NCBI RefSeq assembly: GCF_035084215.1
Contig: NW_027138903.1
Location: 558,001-622,000 of the forward strand
From: Heptranchias perlo
Taxonomy: Eukaryota
DNA: 64,000 bases
Reading direction: 5' to 3'
Every line of letters starts with the position of its first letter. Position 1 is the first letter of the stretch. Positions 1 through 16,200 of the stretch are shown here, in pieces. A program made the position numbers and the translations under genes. The notes under the pieces were generated by a model. The model saw nothing but the letters and a program-made list of their open reading frames with translations, did not search any database and was not told the DNA's origin.

Positions 1-3000
1 TCACTGAAAATCTCCAACTCACACCACCCCATCTCACTAACAATCCCAAACTCACACCTCCCGATCTCACTAATAATCTCCAACTCACACCTCCCGATCT
101 CACCAACAATCTCCAACTCACACCTCCCGATCTCAGTGACAATCTCCAACTCACACCTCCCGATCTCAGTAACAGTCTCCAACTCACACCACCCAATCTC
201 ACAAACAATTCCCAACTCACACAATCCGATCTCACTAACAATCCCCAACTCACATCACCCGATCTCGCGAAAAATCCCCAACTCACACCACCCGATCTCA
301 CTAACAATCTCAAACACACACCACCCGATCTCACTAACAATCTCCAACTCACACCACACGATCTCACCAACAATCCCCAACTCACACCTCCCGATCTCAC
401 TCACAATCCCCAACTCACACCACCCGATCTCACTCACAATCCCCAACTCACACCACCCGATCTCACTAACAATCTCCAACTCACACCACCCGATCTCACT
501 AACAATCTCCAACACACACCACCCGATCTCACTAACAATCCCCAACTCACACCACCCGATCTCACAAACTATCCCCAACTCACACCACCCGATCTCACTG
601 ACAATCTCCAACTCACACCACCCCATCTCACCAACAATCCCAAACTCACACCTCCCGATCTCACTAAAAATCTCTAACTCACACCTCCCGATCTCACTAA
701 CAATGTCCAACTCACACCTCCCGATCTCACTAACAATCCCCAACTCACACCACCCGATCTCACTAACAATCTCCAACTCACACCTCCCGATCTCAGTAAC
801 AATCTCCAACTCACACCACCCGATCTCACTCACAATCTCCAACTCACACCACCCGATCTCACAAACAATCCACAACTCACACCACCCGACCTCACTAACA
901 ATCTCCAACTCACACCACCCAATCGCACTAACAATCCCCAACTCACACCACCCGATCTCAGTAACAATCCCCAACACACACCACCCGATCTCACTAACAA
1001 TCTCCAACTCACACCACCCAATCTCACTAACAATCCCCAACTCACACCACCCGATCTCACGAACAATCTCCAACACACACCACCCGATCTCACTAACAAT
1101 CCCCAACTCACACCACCCGATCACAGTAACAATCCCCAACTCACACCTCCCGATCTCACCTAACAATCTCCAACTCACACCACCCGATCTCACTAACAAT
1201 CTCCAACTCACACCACCCGATCTCACGAACAATCTCCAACTCACACCACCCGATCTCACTAACAATCCCCAACTCACACCACCCGATCTCGCGAACTATC
1301 CCCAACTCACACCACCCGATCTCACTAACAATCTCCAACTCACACCACCCGATCTCACTAACAATCTCCAACTCACACCTCCCGATCTCACTAACAATCT
1401 CCAACTCACACCACCCGATCTCACTCACAATCTCAACTCACACCACACGATCTCACGAACAATCTCCAACTCACACCACCCGATCTCAGTAACAATCTCC
1501 AACTCACACCACCCGATCTCACTAACAATCTCCAACTCACACCACCCGATCTCACTAACAATCCCCATCTCACACCACAGGATCTCACAAACAATCTCCA
1601 ACTCACACCACCCGATCTCACCAACAATCCCCAACTCACACCACCCGATCTCGCGAACTATCCCCAACTCACACCACCCGATCTCACTAACAATCTCCAA
1701 CACACACCACCCGATCTCACCAACAATCTCCAACTCACACCACACGATCTCACTAACAATCCCCAACTCACACCTCCCGATCTCACTCACAATCCCCAAC
1801 TCACACCACCCGATCTCACTCACAATCCCCAACTCACACCACCCGATCTCACTAACAATCTCCAACACACACCACCCGATCTCACTCACAATTTTCAACT
1901 CACACCACCCGATCTCACTAACGATCCCCAACTCACACCACCCGATCTCACTAACAATCTCCAACTCACACCTCCCGATCTCACTAACAATCTCCAACTC
2001 ACACCTCCCGATCTCACTAACTATCCCCAACTCACACCTCCCGATCTCACTAACTATTCCCAACTCACACCTCCCGATCTCACTAACAATCCCCAACTCA
2101 CACCACCCGATCTCACGAACAATCTCCAACACACACCACCCGATCTCACTAACAATCCCCAACTCACACCACCCGATCTCAGTAACAATCCCCAACTCAC
2201 ACCTCCCGATCTCACCTAACAATCTCCAACTCACACCACCCGATCTCACTAACAATCTCCAACTCACACCACCCGATCTCACGAACAATCTCCAACTCAC
2301 ACCACCCGATCTCACTAACAATCCCCAACTCACACCACCCGATCTCGCGAACTATCCCCAACTCACACCACCCGATCTCACTAACAATCTCCAACTCACA
2401 CCACCCGATCTCACTAACAATCTCCAACTCACACCTCCCGATCTCATTAACAATCTCCAACTCACACCACCCGATCTCACTCACAATCTCAACTCACACC
2501 ACACGATCTCACGAACAATCTCCAACTCACACCACCCGATCTCAGTAACAATCTCCAACTCACACCACCCGATCTCACTAACAATCTCCAACTCACACCA
2601 CCCGATCTCACTAACAATCCCCATCTCACACCACAGGATCTCACAAACAATCTCCAACTCACACCACCCGATCTCACCAACAATCCCCAACTCACACCAC
2701 CCGATCTCGCGAACTATCCCCAACTCACACCACCCGATCTCACTAACAACCTCCAACACACACCACCCGATCTCACCAACAATCTCCAACTCACACCACA
2801 CGATCTCACTAACAATCCCCAACTCACACCTCCCGATCTCACTCACAATCCCCAACTCACACCACCCGATCTCACTCACAATCCCCAACTCACACCACCC
2901 GATCTCACTAACAATCTCCAACACACACCACCCGATCTCACTCACAATTTTCAACTCACACCACCCGATCTCACTAACGATCCCCAACTCACACCACCCG

Positions 3001-3697
3001 ATCTCACTAACAATCTCCAACTCACACCACCCGATCTCACTGACAATCTCCAACTCACACCACCCGATCTCACTAACAATCTCCAACTCACACCACAACA
3101 TCTCACTAACAATCTCCAACTCACACCACCCAATCTCACAAACAATTCCCAACTCACACCCCACGATCTCACTAATAATCTCCAACTCACACCTCCCGAT
3201 CTCACTAACAATCCCCAACTCACACCACACGATCTCACTAACAATCTCCAACTCACACCTCCCGATCTCACGAACAATCCCCAACTCACACCACCCGATC
3301 TCACTAACAATCCCCAACTCACACCACCCGATCTCACTAACAATCCCCAACTCACACCTCCCGATCTCACTAACAATCTCCAACTCACACCACCCGATCT
3401 CACGAACAATCTCAACTCACACCACCCGATCTCACTAACAATCCCCAACTCACACCACCCAATCTCACTAACAATCGCCAACTCACACCTCCCGATCTCA
3501 CTAACAATCCCCAACTCACACAACCCGATCTCACTAACAATCCCCAACTCACACCACCCGATCTCACTAACAATCCCCAACTCACACCACCCGATCTCAC
3601 TAACAATCTCCAACTCACACCACCCGATCTCACTAACAATCTCCAACACACACCACCCGATCTCACTAACAATCCCCAACTCACACCACCCGATCTC

Positions 3698-4706
3698 ATG
3701 AAGAGGGAAAGTAGAGAGTGAGGAGGACATAAAAAACCTGCAAGGGGATATAGACAGGCTGGGTGAGTGGGCGGAGATTTGGCAGATGCAATATAATATT
3801 GGAAAATGTGAGGTTATGCACTTTGGCAGGAAAAATCAGAGAGCAAGTTATTTTCTTAATGGCGAGAGACTGGAAAGTACTGCAGTACAAAGGGATCTGG
3901 GGGTCCTAGTGCAAGAAAATCAAAAAGTTGGTATGCAGGTGCAGCAGTTGATCAAGAAAGCCAACGGAATGTTGGCTTTTATTGCTAGGGGGATAGAATA
4001 TAAAAACAAGGAGGTATTGCTGCAGTTATATAAGGTATTGGTGAGACCGCACCTGGAATACTGCATACAGTTTTGGTCTCCATACTTGCTCTCGAGGCAG
4101 TACAAAGAAGGTTCACTCAGTTAATCCCGGGGATGAGGGGGTGGACATATGAGGAGAGGTTGAGTAGATTGGGACTCTACTCATTGGAGTTCAGAAGAAT
4201 GAGAGGCGATCTTATTGAAACATATAAGATTGTGAAGGGTCTTGATCGGGTGGATGCAGTAAGGATGTTCCCAAAGATGGGTGAAACTAGAACTAGGGGG
4301 CATAATCTTAGAATAAGGGGCTGCTCTTTCAAAACTGAGATGAGGAGAAACTTCTTCACTCAGAGGGTGGTAGGTATGTGGAATTTGCTGCCCCAGGAAG
4401 CTGTGGAAGCTACATCATTAGATAAATTTAAAACAGAAATAGACAGTTTCCTAGAAGTAAAGGGAATTAGGGGTTATGGGGAGCGGGCAGGAAATTGGAC
4501 ATGAAGCTGAGTTCGGATCGGTCAATGCCCTGTGGGTGGCGGAGAGGGCCCAGGGGCTATGTGGCCGGGTCCTGCTCCGACTTCTTGTGTTCTTTAGATT
4601 TGTGGTTGGGATCAGATCAGCCATGATCTTATTGAATGGCGGAGCAGGATCGAGGGGCCGATTGGCCTACTCCTGCTCCAATTTCTTATGTTCTTATGTT
4701 CTTATG
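3698..4706 (+). mobile_element. 5'-truncated CR1-type LINE, copy 1 (ORF2 C-terminus plus 3' UTR)
   Basis: Translates to CR1 ORF2 C-terminal motifs (KCEVMHFG, LYKVLVRPHLEYC, RGDLIETYKI, RNFFTQRVV). There is a frameshifting deletion near 4085 and a (TTCTTATG)3 3' tail. Confidence 0.95.
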
Positions 4707-7700
4707 AACAATTCCAAACTCAGACCCTCCGATCTCACTAACAATCTCCAACTCACACCACCCGATCTCACGAACAATCTCCAACACACACCACCCGATC
4801 TCACTAACAATCTCCAACACACACCACCCGATCTCACTAACAATCTCCAACTCACACCACCCGATCTCAGTAACTATCCCCAACTCACACCAGCCGATCT
4901 CACTAACAATCTCCAACTCACACCACCCGATCTCACTAACAATCTCCAACACACACCACCCGATCTCACTAACAATCTCCAACTCACACCACCCGATCTC
5001 AGTAACTATCCCCAACTCACACCAGCCGATCTCACTAACAATCTCCAACTCACACCACCCGATCTCACTAACAATCTCCAACACACACCACCCGATCTCA
5101 CTAACAATCTCCAACACACACCACCCGATCTCACTAACAATCTCCAACTCACACCACCCGATCTCAGTAACTATCTCCAACTCACACCACCCGATCTCAC
5201 TAACAATCCCCAACTCACACCACCCGATCTCACAAACAATCTCCAACTCACACCACCCGATCTCACTAACAATCTCCAACTCACACCACCCGATCTCGCG
5301 AACTATCCCCAACTCACACCACCCGATCTCACTAACAATCTCCAACACACACCACACGATCTCACAAACAATCTCCAACTCACACCACCCGATCTCACGA
5401 ACAATCCCCAACTCACACCACCCGATCTCACTTACAATCTCCAACTCACACCACACGATCTCACTAACAATCCCCAACTCACACCTCCCGATCTCACTCA
5501 CAATCCCCAACTCACACCACCCGATCTCACTCACAATCCCCAACTCACACCACCCGATCTCACTAACAATCTCCAACACACACCACCCGATCTCACTGAC
5601 AATCTCCAACTCACACCACCCGATCTCACTAATAATCTCCAACTCACACCTCCCGATCTCACTAACAATCTCCAACTCACACCTCCCGATCAAAGTAACA
5701 ATCCCCAACTCACACCACCCAATCTCACAAACAATTCCCAACTCACACCACCCAATCTCACAAACAATTCCCAACTCACACCTCCCGATCTCACTAACAA
5801 TCTCCAACTCACACCACCCAATCTCACAAACAATTCCCAACTCACACCACCCAATCTCACATACAATCCCCAACTCACACCACCCGATCTCACCAACAAT
5901 CTCCAACTCACACCACCCGATCTCACAAACAATCCACAACTCACACCTACCGATCTCACTGACAATCTCCAACTCACACCACCCGATCTCACAAACAATC
6001 CACAACTCACACCTCCCGATCACACTGACAATCTACAACTCACACCACCCGAACTCACTAACAATCTCCAACTCACACCACCCGATCTCACTAACAATCT
6101 CCAACTCACACCACCCGATCTCACTAACAATCTCCAACTCACACCACCCGATCTCAGTCACAATCTCCAACTCACACCACCCGATCTCACTAACAATCTC
6201 CAACTCACACCACCCGATCTCACTAACAATCTCCAACTCACACCACCCGATCTAACTAACAATCCCCAACTCACACCTCCCGATCTCACTAACAATCCAC
6301 AACACACACCACCCGATCTCACTAACAATCCCCAACTCACACCACCCGATCTCACTAACAATCTCCATCTCACACCATCCGATCTCACTAACAATCCCCA
6401 ACTCACACCACACGATCTCACTAACAATCTCCAACTCACACCTCCCGATCGCACAAACAATCCCCAACTCACACCATCCGATCTCACTAACAATCCCCAA
6501 CTCACACCTCCCGATCTCACAAACAATCTCCAACTCACACCTCCCGATCGCACAAACAATCCCCAACTCACACCTCCCGATCTCACTAACAATCTCCAAC
6601 TCACACCTCCCGATCTCACTAACAATCTCCAACACACACCACCCGAACTCACTAACAATCTCCAACTCACACCACCCGATCTCAGTAACAATCTCCAACA
6701 CACACCACCCGATCTCGCTAACAATCCCCAACTCACACCACCCGATCTCACTAACAATCCCCAACTCACACCACCCGATCTCACTAACAATCCCCAACTC
6801 ACACCACCCGAACTCACTAACAATCTCCAACTCACACCACCCGATCTCACTCACAATCTCCAACTCACACCACCCGATCTCGCGAACTATCCCCAACTCA
6901 CACCACCCGATCTCACTAACAATCTCCAACAAACACCACACGATCTCACAAACAATCTCCAACTCACACCACCCGATCTCACGAACAATCCCCAACTCAC
7001 ACCACCCGATCTCACTTACAATCTCCAACTCACACCACACGATCTCACTAACAATCTCCAACTCACACCTCCCGATCTCACTCACAATCCCCAACTCACA
7101 CCACCCGATCTCACTCACAATCCCCAACTCACACCACCCGATCTCACTAACAATCTCCAACACACACCACCCGATCTCACTGACAATCTCCAACTCACAC
7201 CACCCGATCTCACTAACAATCTCCAACACACACCACCCGATCTCACTAACAATTTTCAACTCACACCACCCGATCTCACAAACTATCCCCAACTCACACC
7301 ACCCGATCTCACTGACAATCTCCAACTCACACCACCCCATCTCACCAACAATCCCAAACTCACACCTCCCGATCTCACTAAAAATCTCTAACTCACACCT
7401 CCCGATCTCACTAACAATCTCCAACTCACACCTCCCGATCTCAGTGACAATCTCCAACTCACACCTCCCGATCTCAGTAACAATCTCCAACTCACACCAC
7501 CCGATCTCACTCACAATCTCCAACTCACACCACCCGATCTCACAAACAATCCACAACTCACACCACCCGATCTCACTAACAATCTCCAACTCACACCACC
7601 CAATCGCACTAACAATCCCCAACTCACACCACCCGATCTCAGTAACAATCCCCAACACACACCACCCGATCTCACTAACAATCTCCAACTCACACCACCC

Positions 7701-9322
7701 AATCTCACTAACAATCCCCAACTCACACCACCCGATCTCACGAACAATCTCCAACACACACCACCCGATCTCACTAACAATCCCCAACTCACACCACCCG
7801 ATCTCAGTAACAATCCCCAACTCACACCTCCCGATCTCACCTAACAATCTCCAACTCACACCACCCGATCTCACTAACAATCTCCAACTCACACCACCCG
7901 ATCTCACGAACAATCTCCAACTCACACCACCCGATCTCACTAACAATCCCCAACTCACACCACCCGATCTCGCGAACTATCCCCAACTCACACCACCCGA
8001 TCTCACTAACAATCTCCAACTCACACCACCCGATCTCAGTAACAATCTCCAACTCACACCACCCGATCTCACTAACAATCTCAACTCACACCACACGATC
8101 TCACGAACAATCTCCAACTCACACCACCCGATCTCAGTAACAATCTCCAACTCACACCACCCGATCTCACTAACAATCTCCAACTCACACCACCCGATCT
8201 CACTAACAATCCCCATCTCACACCACAGGATCTCACAAACAATCTCCAACTCACACCACCCGATCTCACCAACAATCCCCAACTCACACCACCCGATCTC
8301 GCGAACTATCCCCAACTCACACCACCCGATCTCACTAACAATCTCCAACACACACCACCCGATCTCACCAACAATCTCCAACTCACACCACACGATCTCA
8401 CTAACAATCCCCAACTCACACCTCCCGATCTCACTCACAATCCCCAACTCACACCACCCGATCTCACTCACAATCCCCAACTCACACCACCCGATCTCAC
8501 TAACAATCTCCAACACACACCACCCGATCTCACTCACAATTTTCAACTCACACCACCCGATCTCACTAACGATCCCCAACTCACACCACCCGATCTCACT
8601 AACAATCTCCAACTCACACCACCCGATCTCACTGACAATCTCCAACTCACACCACCCGATCTCACTAACAATCTCCAACTCACACCACAAGATCTCACTA
8701 ACAATCTCCAACTCACACCACCCGATCTCTGTAACAATCTCCAACTCACACCACCCAATCTCACAAACAATTCCCAACTCACACCCCACGATCTCACTAA
8801 TAATCTCCAACTCACACCTCCCGATCTCACTAACAATCCCCAACTCACACCACACGATCTCACTAACAATCTCCAACTCACACCTCCCGATCTCACGAAC
8901 AATCCCCAACTCACACCACCCGATCTCACTAACAATCCCCAACTCACACCACCCGATCTCACTAACAATCCCCAACTCACACCTCCCGATCTCACTAACA
9001 ATCTCCAACTCACACCACCCGATCTCACGAACAATCTCAACTCACACCACCCGATCTCACTAACAATCCCCAACTCACACCACCCAATCTCACTAACAAT
9101 CGCCAACTCACACCTCCCGATCTCACTAACAATCCCCAACTCACACAACCCGATCTCACTAACAATCCCCAACTCACACCACCCGATCTCACTAACAATC
9201 CCCAACTCACACCACCCGATCTCACTAACAATCTCCAACTCACACCACCCGATCTCACTAACAATCTCCAACACACACCACCCGATCTCACTAACAATCC
9301 CCAACTCACACCACCCGATCTC

Positions 9323-10331
9323 ATGAAGAGGGAAAGTAGAGAGTGAGGAGGACATAAAAAACCTGCAAGGGGATATAGACAGGCTGGGTGAGTGGGCGGA
9401 GATTTGGCAGATGCAATATAATATTGGAAAATGTGAGGTTATGCACTTTGGCAGGAAAAATCAGAGAGCAAGTTATTTTCTTAATGGCGAGAGACTGGAA
9501 AGTACTGCAGTACAAAGGGATCTGGGGGTCCTAGTGCAAGAAAATCAAAAAGTTGGTATGCAGGTGCAGCAGTTGATCAAGAAAGCCAACGGAATGTTGG
9601 CTTTTATTGCTAGGGGGATAGAATATAAAAACAAGGAGGTATTGCTGCAGTTATATAAGGTATTGGTGAGACCGCACCTGGAATACTGCATACAGTTTTG
9701 GTCTCCATACTTGCTCTCGAGGCAGTACAAAGAAGGTTCACTCGGTTAATCCCGGGGATGAGGGGGCGGACATATGAGGAGAGGTTGAGTAGATTGGGAC
9801 TCTACTCATTGGAGTTCAGAAGAATGAGAGGCGATCTTATTGAAACATATAAGATTGTGAAGGGTCTTGATCGGGTGGATGCAGTAAGGATGTTCCCAAA
9901 GATGGGTGAAACTAGAACTAGGGGGCATAATCTTAGAATAAGGGGCTGCTCTTTCAAAACTGAGATGAGGAGAAACTTCTTCACTCAGAGGGTGGTAGGT
10001 CTGTGGAATTTGCTGCCCCAGGAAGCTGTGGAAGCTACATCATTAGATAAATTTAAAACAGAAATAGACAGTTTCCTAGAAGTAAAGGGAATTAGGGGTT
10101 ATGGGGAGCGGGCAGGAAATTGGACATGAAGCTGAGTTCGGATCGGTCAATGCCCTGTGGGTGGCGGAGAGGGCCCAGGGGCTATGTGGCCGGGTCCTGC
10201 TCCGACTTCTTGTGTTCTTTAGATTTGTGGTTGGGATCAGATCAGCCATGATCTTATTGAATGGCGGAGCAGGCTCGAGGGGCCGATTGGCCTACTCCTG
10301 CTCCAATTTCTTATGTTCTTATGTTCTTATG
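9323..10331 (+). mobile_element. CR1 LINE copy 2, near-identical to copy 1
   Basis: Same endpoints, same internal deletion and same flanks as copy 1; offset 5625 bp. Confidence 0.95.
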
Positions 10332-12274
10332 AACAATTCCAAACTCAGACCCTCCGATCTCACTAACAATCTCCAACTCACACCACCCGATCTCACGAAC
10401 AATCTCCAACACACACCACCCGATCTCACTAACAATCTCCAACACACACCACCCGATCTCACTAACAATCTCCAACTCACACCACCCGATCTCAGTAACT
10501 ATCCCCAACTCACACCAGCCGATCTCACTAACAATCTCCAACTCACACCACCCAATCTCACTAACAATCCCCAACTCACACCACCCGATCTCAGTAACAA
10601 TCCCCAACACACACCACCCGATCTCACTAACAATCTCCAACTCACACCACCCAATCTCACTAACAATCCCCAACTCACACCACCCGATCTCACGAACAAT
10701 CTCCAACACACACCACCCGATCTCACTAACAATCCCCAACTCACACCACCCGATCTCAGTAACAATCCCCAACTCACACCTCCCGATCTCACCTAACAAT
10801 CTCCAACTCACACCACCCGATCTCACTAACAATCTCCAACTCACACCACCCGATCTCACGAACAATCTCCAACTCACACCACCCGATCTCACTAACAATC
10901 CCCAACTCACACCACCCGATCTCGCGAACTATCCCCAACTCACACCACCCGATCTCACTAACAATCTCCAACTCACACCACCCGATCTCAGTAACAATCT
11001 CCAACTCACACCACCCGATCTCACTAACAATCTCCAACTCACACCACCCGATCTCACTAACAATCTCAACTCACACCACACGATCTCACGAACAATCTCC
11101 AACTCACACCACCCGATCTCAGTAACAATCTCCAACTCACACCACCCGATCTCACTAACAATCTCCAACTCACACCACCCGATCTCACTAACAATCCCCA
11201 TCTCACACCACAGGATCTCACAAACAATCTCCAACTCACACCACCCGATCTCACCAACAATCCCCAACTCACACCACCCGATCTCACTAACAATCTCCAA
11301 CACACACCACCCGATCTCACCAACAATCTCCAACTCACACCACACGATCTCACTAACAATCCCCAACTCACACCTCCCGATCTCACTCACAATCCCCAAC
11401 TCACACCACCCGATCTCACTCACAATCCCCAACTCACACCACCCAATCTCACTAACAATCTCCAACACACACCACCCGATCTCACTCACAATTTTCAACT
11501 CACACCACCCGATCTCACTAACGATCCCCAACTCACACCACCCGATCTCACTAACAATCTCCAACTCACACCACCCGATCTCACTGACAATCTCCAACTC
11601 ACACCACCCGATCTCACTAACAATCTCCAACTCACACCACAAGATCTCACTAACAATCTCCAACTCACACCACCCGATCTCTGTAACAATCTCCAACTCA
11701 CACCACCCAATCTCACAAACAATTCCCAACTCACACCCCACGATCTCACTAATAATCTCCAACTCACACCTCCCGATCTCACTAACAATCCCCAACTCAC
11801 ACCACACGATCTCACTAACAATCTCCAACTCACACCTCCCGATCTCACGAACAATCCCCAACTCACACCACCCGATCTCACTAACAATCCCCAACTCACA
11901 CCACCCGATCTCACTAACAATCCCCAACTCACACCTCCCGATCTCACTAACAATCTCCAACTCACACCACCCGATCTCACGAACAATCTCAACTCACACC
12001 ACCCGATCTCACTAACAATCCCCAACTCACACCACCCAATCTCACTAACAATCGCCAACTCACACCTCCCGATCTCACTAACAATCCCCAACTCACACAA
12101 CCCGATCTCACTAACAATCCCCAACTCACACCACCCGATCTCACTAACAATCCCCAACTCACACCACCCGATCTCACTAACAATCTCCAACTCACACCAC
12201 CCGATCTCACTAACAATCTCCAACACACACCACCCGATCTCACTAACAATCCCCAACTCACACCACCCGATCTC

Positions 12275-13283
12275 ATGAAGAGGGAAAGTAGAGAGTGAGG
12301 AGGACATAAAAAACCTGCAAGGGGATATAGACAGGCTGGGTGAGTGGGCGGAGATTTGGCAGATGCAATATAATATTGGAAAATGTGAGGTTATGCACTT
12401 TGGCAGGAAAAATCAGAGAGCAAGTTATTTTCTTAATGGCGAGAGACTGGAAAGTACTGCAGTACAAAGGGATCTGGGGGTCCTAGTGCAAGAAAATCAA
12501 AAAGTTGGTATGCAGGTGCAGCAGTTGATCAAGAAAGCCAACGGAATGTTGGCTTTTATTGCTAGGGGGATAGAATATAAAAACAAGGAGGTATTGCTGC
12601 AGTTATATAAGGTATTGGTGAGACCGCACCTGGAATACTGCATACAGTTTTGGTCTCCATACTTGCTCTCGAGGCAGTACAAAGAAGGTTCACTCGGTTA
12701 ATCCCGGGGATGAGGGGGCGGACATATGAGAAGAGGTTGAGTAGATTGGGACTCTACTCATTGGAGTTCAGAAGAATGAGAGGCGATCTTATTGAAACAT
12801 ATAAGATTGTGAAGGGTCTTGATCGGGTGGATGCAGTAAGGATGTTCCCAAAGATGGGTGAAACTAGAACTAGGGGGCATAATCTTAGAATAAGGGGCTG
12901 CTCTTTCAAAACTGAGATGAGGAGAAACTTCTTCACTCAGAGGGTGGTAGGTCTGTGGAATTTGCTGCCCCAGGAAGCTGTGGAAGCTACATCATTAGAT
13001 AAATTTAAAACAGAAATAGACAGTTTCCTAGAAGTAAAGGGAATTAGGGGTTATGGGGAGCGGGCAGGAAATTGGACATGAAGCTGAGTTCGGATCGGTC
13101 AATGCCCTGTGGGTGGCGGAGAGGGCCCAGGGGCTATGTGGCCGGGTCCTGCTCCGACTTCTTGTGTTCTTTAGATTTGTGGTTGGGATCAGATCAGCCA
13201 TGATCTTATTGAATGGCGGAGCAGGCTCGAGGGGCCGATTGGCCTACTCCTGCTCCAATTTCTTATGTTCTTATGTTCTTATG
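12275..13283 (+). mobile_element. CR1 LINE copy 3, near-identical to copy 2
   Basis: Same endpoints, deletion and flanks; offset 2952 bp from copy 2. Confidence 0.95.
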
Positions 13284-16200
13284 AACAATCCCAAACTCAG
13301 ACCCTCCGATCTCACTAACAATCTCCAACTCACACCACCCGATCTCACGAACAATCTCCAACACACACCACCCGATCTCACTAACAATCTCCAACACACA
13401 CCACCCGATCTCACGAACAATCTCCAACTCACACCACCCGATCTCAGTAACTATCCCCAACTCACACCAGCCGATCTCACTAACAATCTCCAACTCACAC
13501 CACCCGATCTCACTCACAATCTCCAACACACACCACCCGATCTCACTAACAATCTCCAACACACACCACCCGATCTCACTAACAATCTCCAACTCACACC
13601 ACCCGATCTCAGTAACTATCTCCAACTCACACCACCCGATCTCACTAACAATCCCCAACTCACACCACCCGATCTCACAAACAATCTCCAACTCACACCA
13701 CCCGATCTCACTAACAATCTCCAACTCACACCACCCGATCTCGCGAACTATCCAAAACTCACACCACCCGATCTCACTAACAATCTCCAACACACACCAC
13801 ACGATCTCACAAACAATCTCCAAATCACACCACCCGATCTCACGAACAATCCCCAACTCACACCACCCGATCTCACTTACAATCTCCAACTCACACCACA
13901 CGATCTCACGAACAATCCCCAACTCACACCTCCCGATCTCACTCACAATCCCCAACTCACACCACCCGATCTCACTCACAATCCCCAACTCACACCACCC
14001 GATCTCACTAATAATCTCCAACTCACACCTCCCGATCTCACTAACAATCTCCAACTCACACCTCCCGATCAAAGTAACAATCCCCAACTCACACCACCCA
14101 ATCTCACAAACAATTCCCAACTCACACCACCCAATCTCACAAACAATTCCCAACTCACACCTCCCGATCTCACTAACAATCTCAAACTCACACCACCCAA
14201 TCTCACAAACAATTCCCAACTCACACCACCCAATCTCACATACAATCCCCAACTCACACCACCCGATCTCACCAACAATCTCCAACTCACACCACCCGAT
14301 CTCACAAACAATCCACAACTCACACCTACCGATCTCACTGACAATCTCCAACTCACACCACCCGATCTCACAAACAATCCACAACTCACACCTCCCGATC
14401 TCACTGACAATCTCCAACTCACACCACCCGAACTCACTAACAATCTCCAACTCACACCACCCGATCTCACTAACAATCTCCAACTCACACCACCCGATCT
14501 CACTAACAATCTCCAACTCACACCACCCGATCTCAGTCACAATCTCCAACTCACACCACCCGATCTCACTAACAATCTCCAACTCACACCACCCGATCTC
14601 ACTAACAATCTCCAACTCACACCACCCGATCTAACTAACAATCCCCAACTCACACCTCCCGATCTCACTAACAATCCACAACACACACCACCCGATCTCA
14701 CTAACAATCCCCAACTCACACCACCCGATCTCACTAACAATCTCCATCTCACACCATCCGATCTCACTAACAATCCCCAACTCACACCACACGATCTCAC
14801 TAACAATCTCCAACTCACACCTCCCGATCGCACAAACAATCCCCAACTCACACCATCCGATCTCACTAACAATCCCCAACTCACACCTCCCGATCTCACA
14901 AACAATCTCCAACTCACACCTCCCGATCGCACAAACAATCCCCAACTCACACCTCCCGATCTCAATAACAATCTCCAACTCACACCTCCCGATCTCACTA
15001 ACAATCTCCAACACACACCACCCGAACTCACTAACAATCTCCAACTCACACCACCCGATCTCAGTAACAATCTCCAACACAAACCACCCGATCTCGCTAA
15101 CAATCCCCAACTCACACCACCCGATCTCACTAACAATCCCCAACTCACACCACCCGATCTCACTAACAATCCCCAACTCACACCACCCGACCTGACTAAC
15201 AATCTCCAACTCACACCACCCCATCTCACTAACAATCCCCAACTCACACCACCCGACCTCACTAACAATCTCCAACTCACACCACCCGATCTCACTAACA
15301 ATCTCCAACACACACCACCCGATCTCACTAACAATCTCCAACACACACCACCCGATCTCACTAACAATCTCCAACTCACACCACCCGATCTCAGCAACTA
15401 TCCCCAACTCACACCACCCGATCTCACTAACAATCTCCAACACACACCACACGATCTCACAAACAATCTCCAACTCACACCACCCGATCTCACGAACAAT
15501 CCCCAACTCACACCACCCGATCTCACTTACAATCTCCAACTCACACCACACGATCTCACTAACAATCCCCAACTCACACCTCCCGATCTCACTCACAATC
15601 CCCAACTCACACCACCCGATCTCACTCACAATCCCCAACTCACACCACCCGATCTCACTAACAATCTCCAACTCACACCACCCGATCTCACTAACAATCT
15701 CCAACTCACACCACCCGATCTCAGTCACAATCTCCAACTCACACCACCCGATCTCACTAACAATCTCCAACACACACCACCCGATCTCACTAACAATCTC
15801 CAACTCACACCACCCGATCTCAGTAACTATCTCCAACTCACACCAACCGATCTCACGAACAATCCCCAACTCACACCACCCGATCTCACAAACAATCTCC
15901 AACTCACACCACCCGATCTCACTAACAATCTCCAACTCACACCACCCGATCTCGCGAACTATCCCCAACTCACACCACCCGATCTCACTAACAATCTCCA
16001 ACACACACCACACGATCTCACAAACAATCTCCAACTCACACCACCCGATCTCACGAACAATCCCCAACTCACACCACCCGATCTCACTTACAATCTCCAA
16101 CTCACACCACACGATCTCACGAACAATCCCCAACTCACACCTCCCGATCTCACTCACAATCCCCAACTCACACCACCCGATCTCACTCACAATCCCCAAC

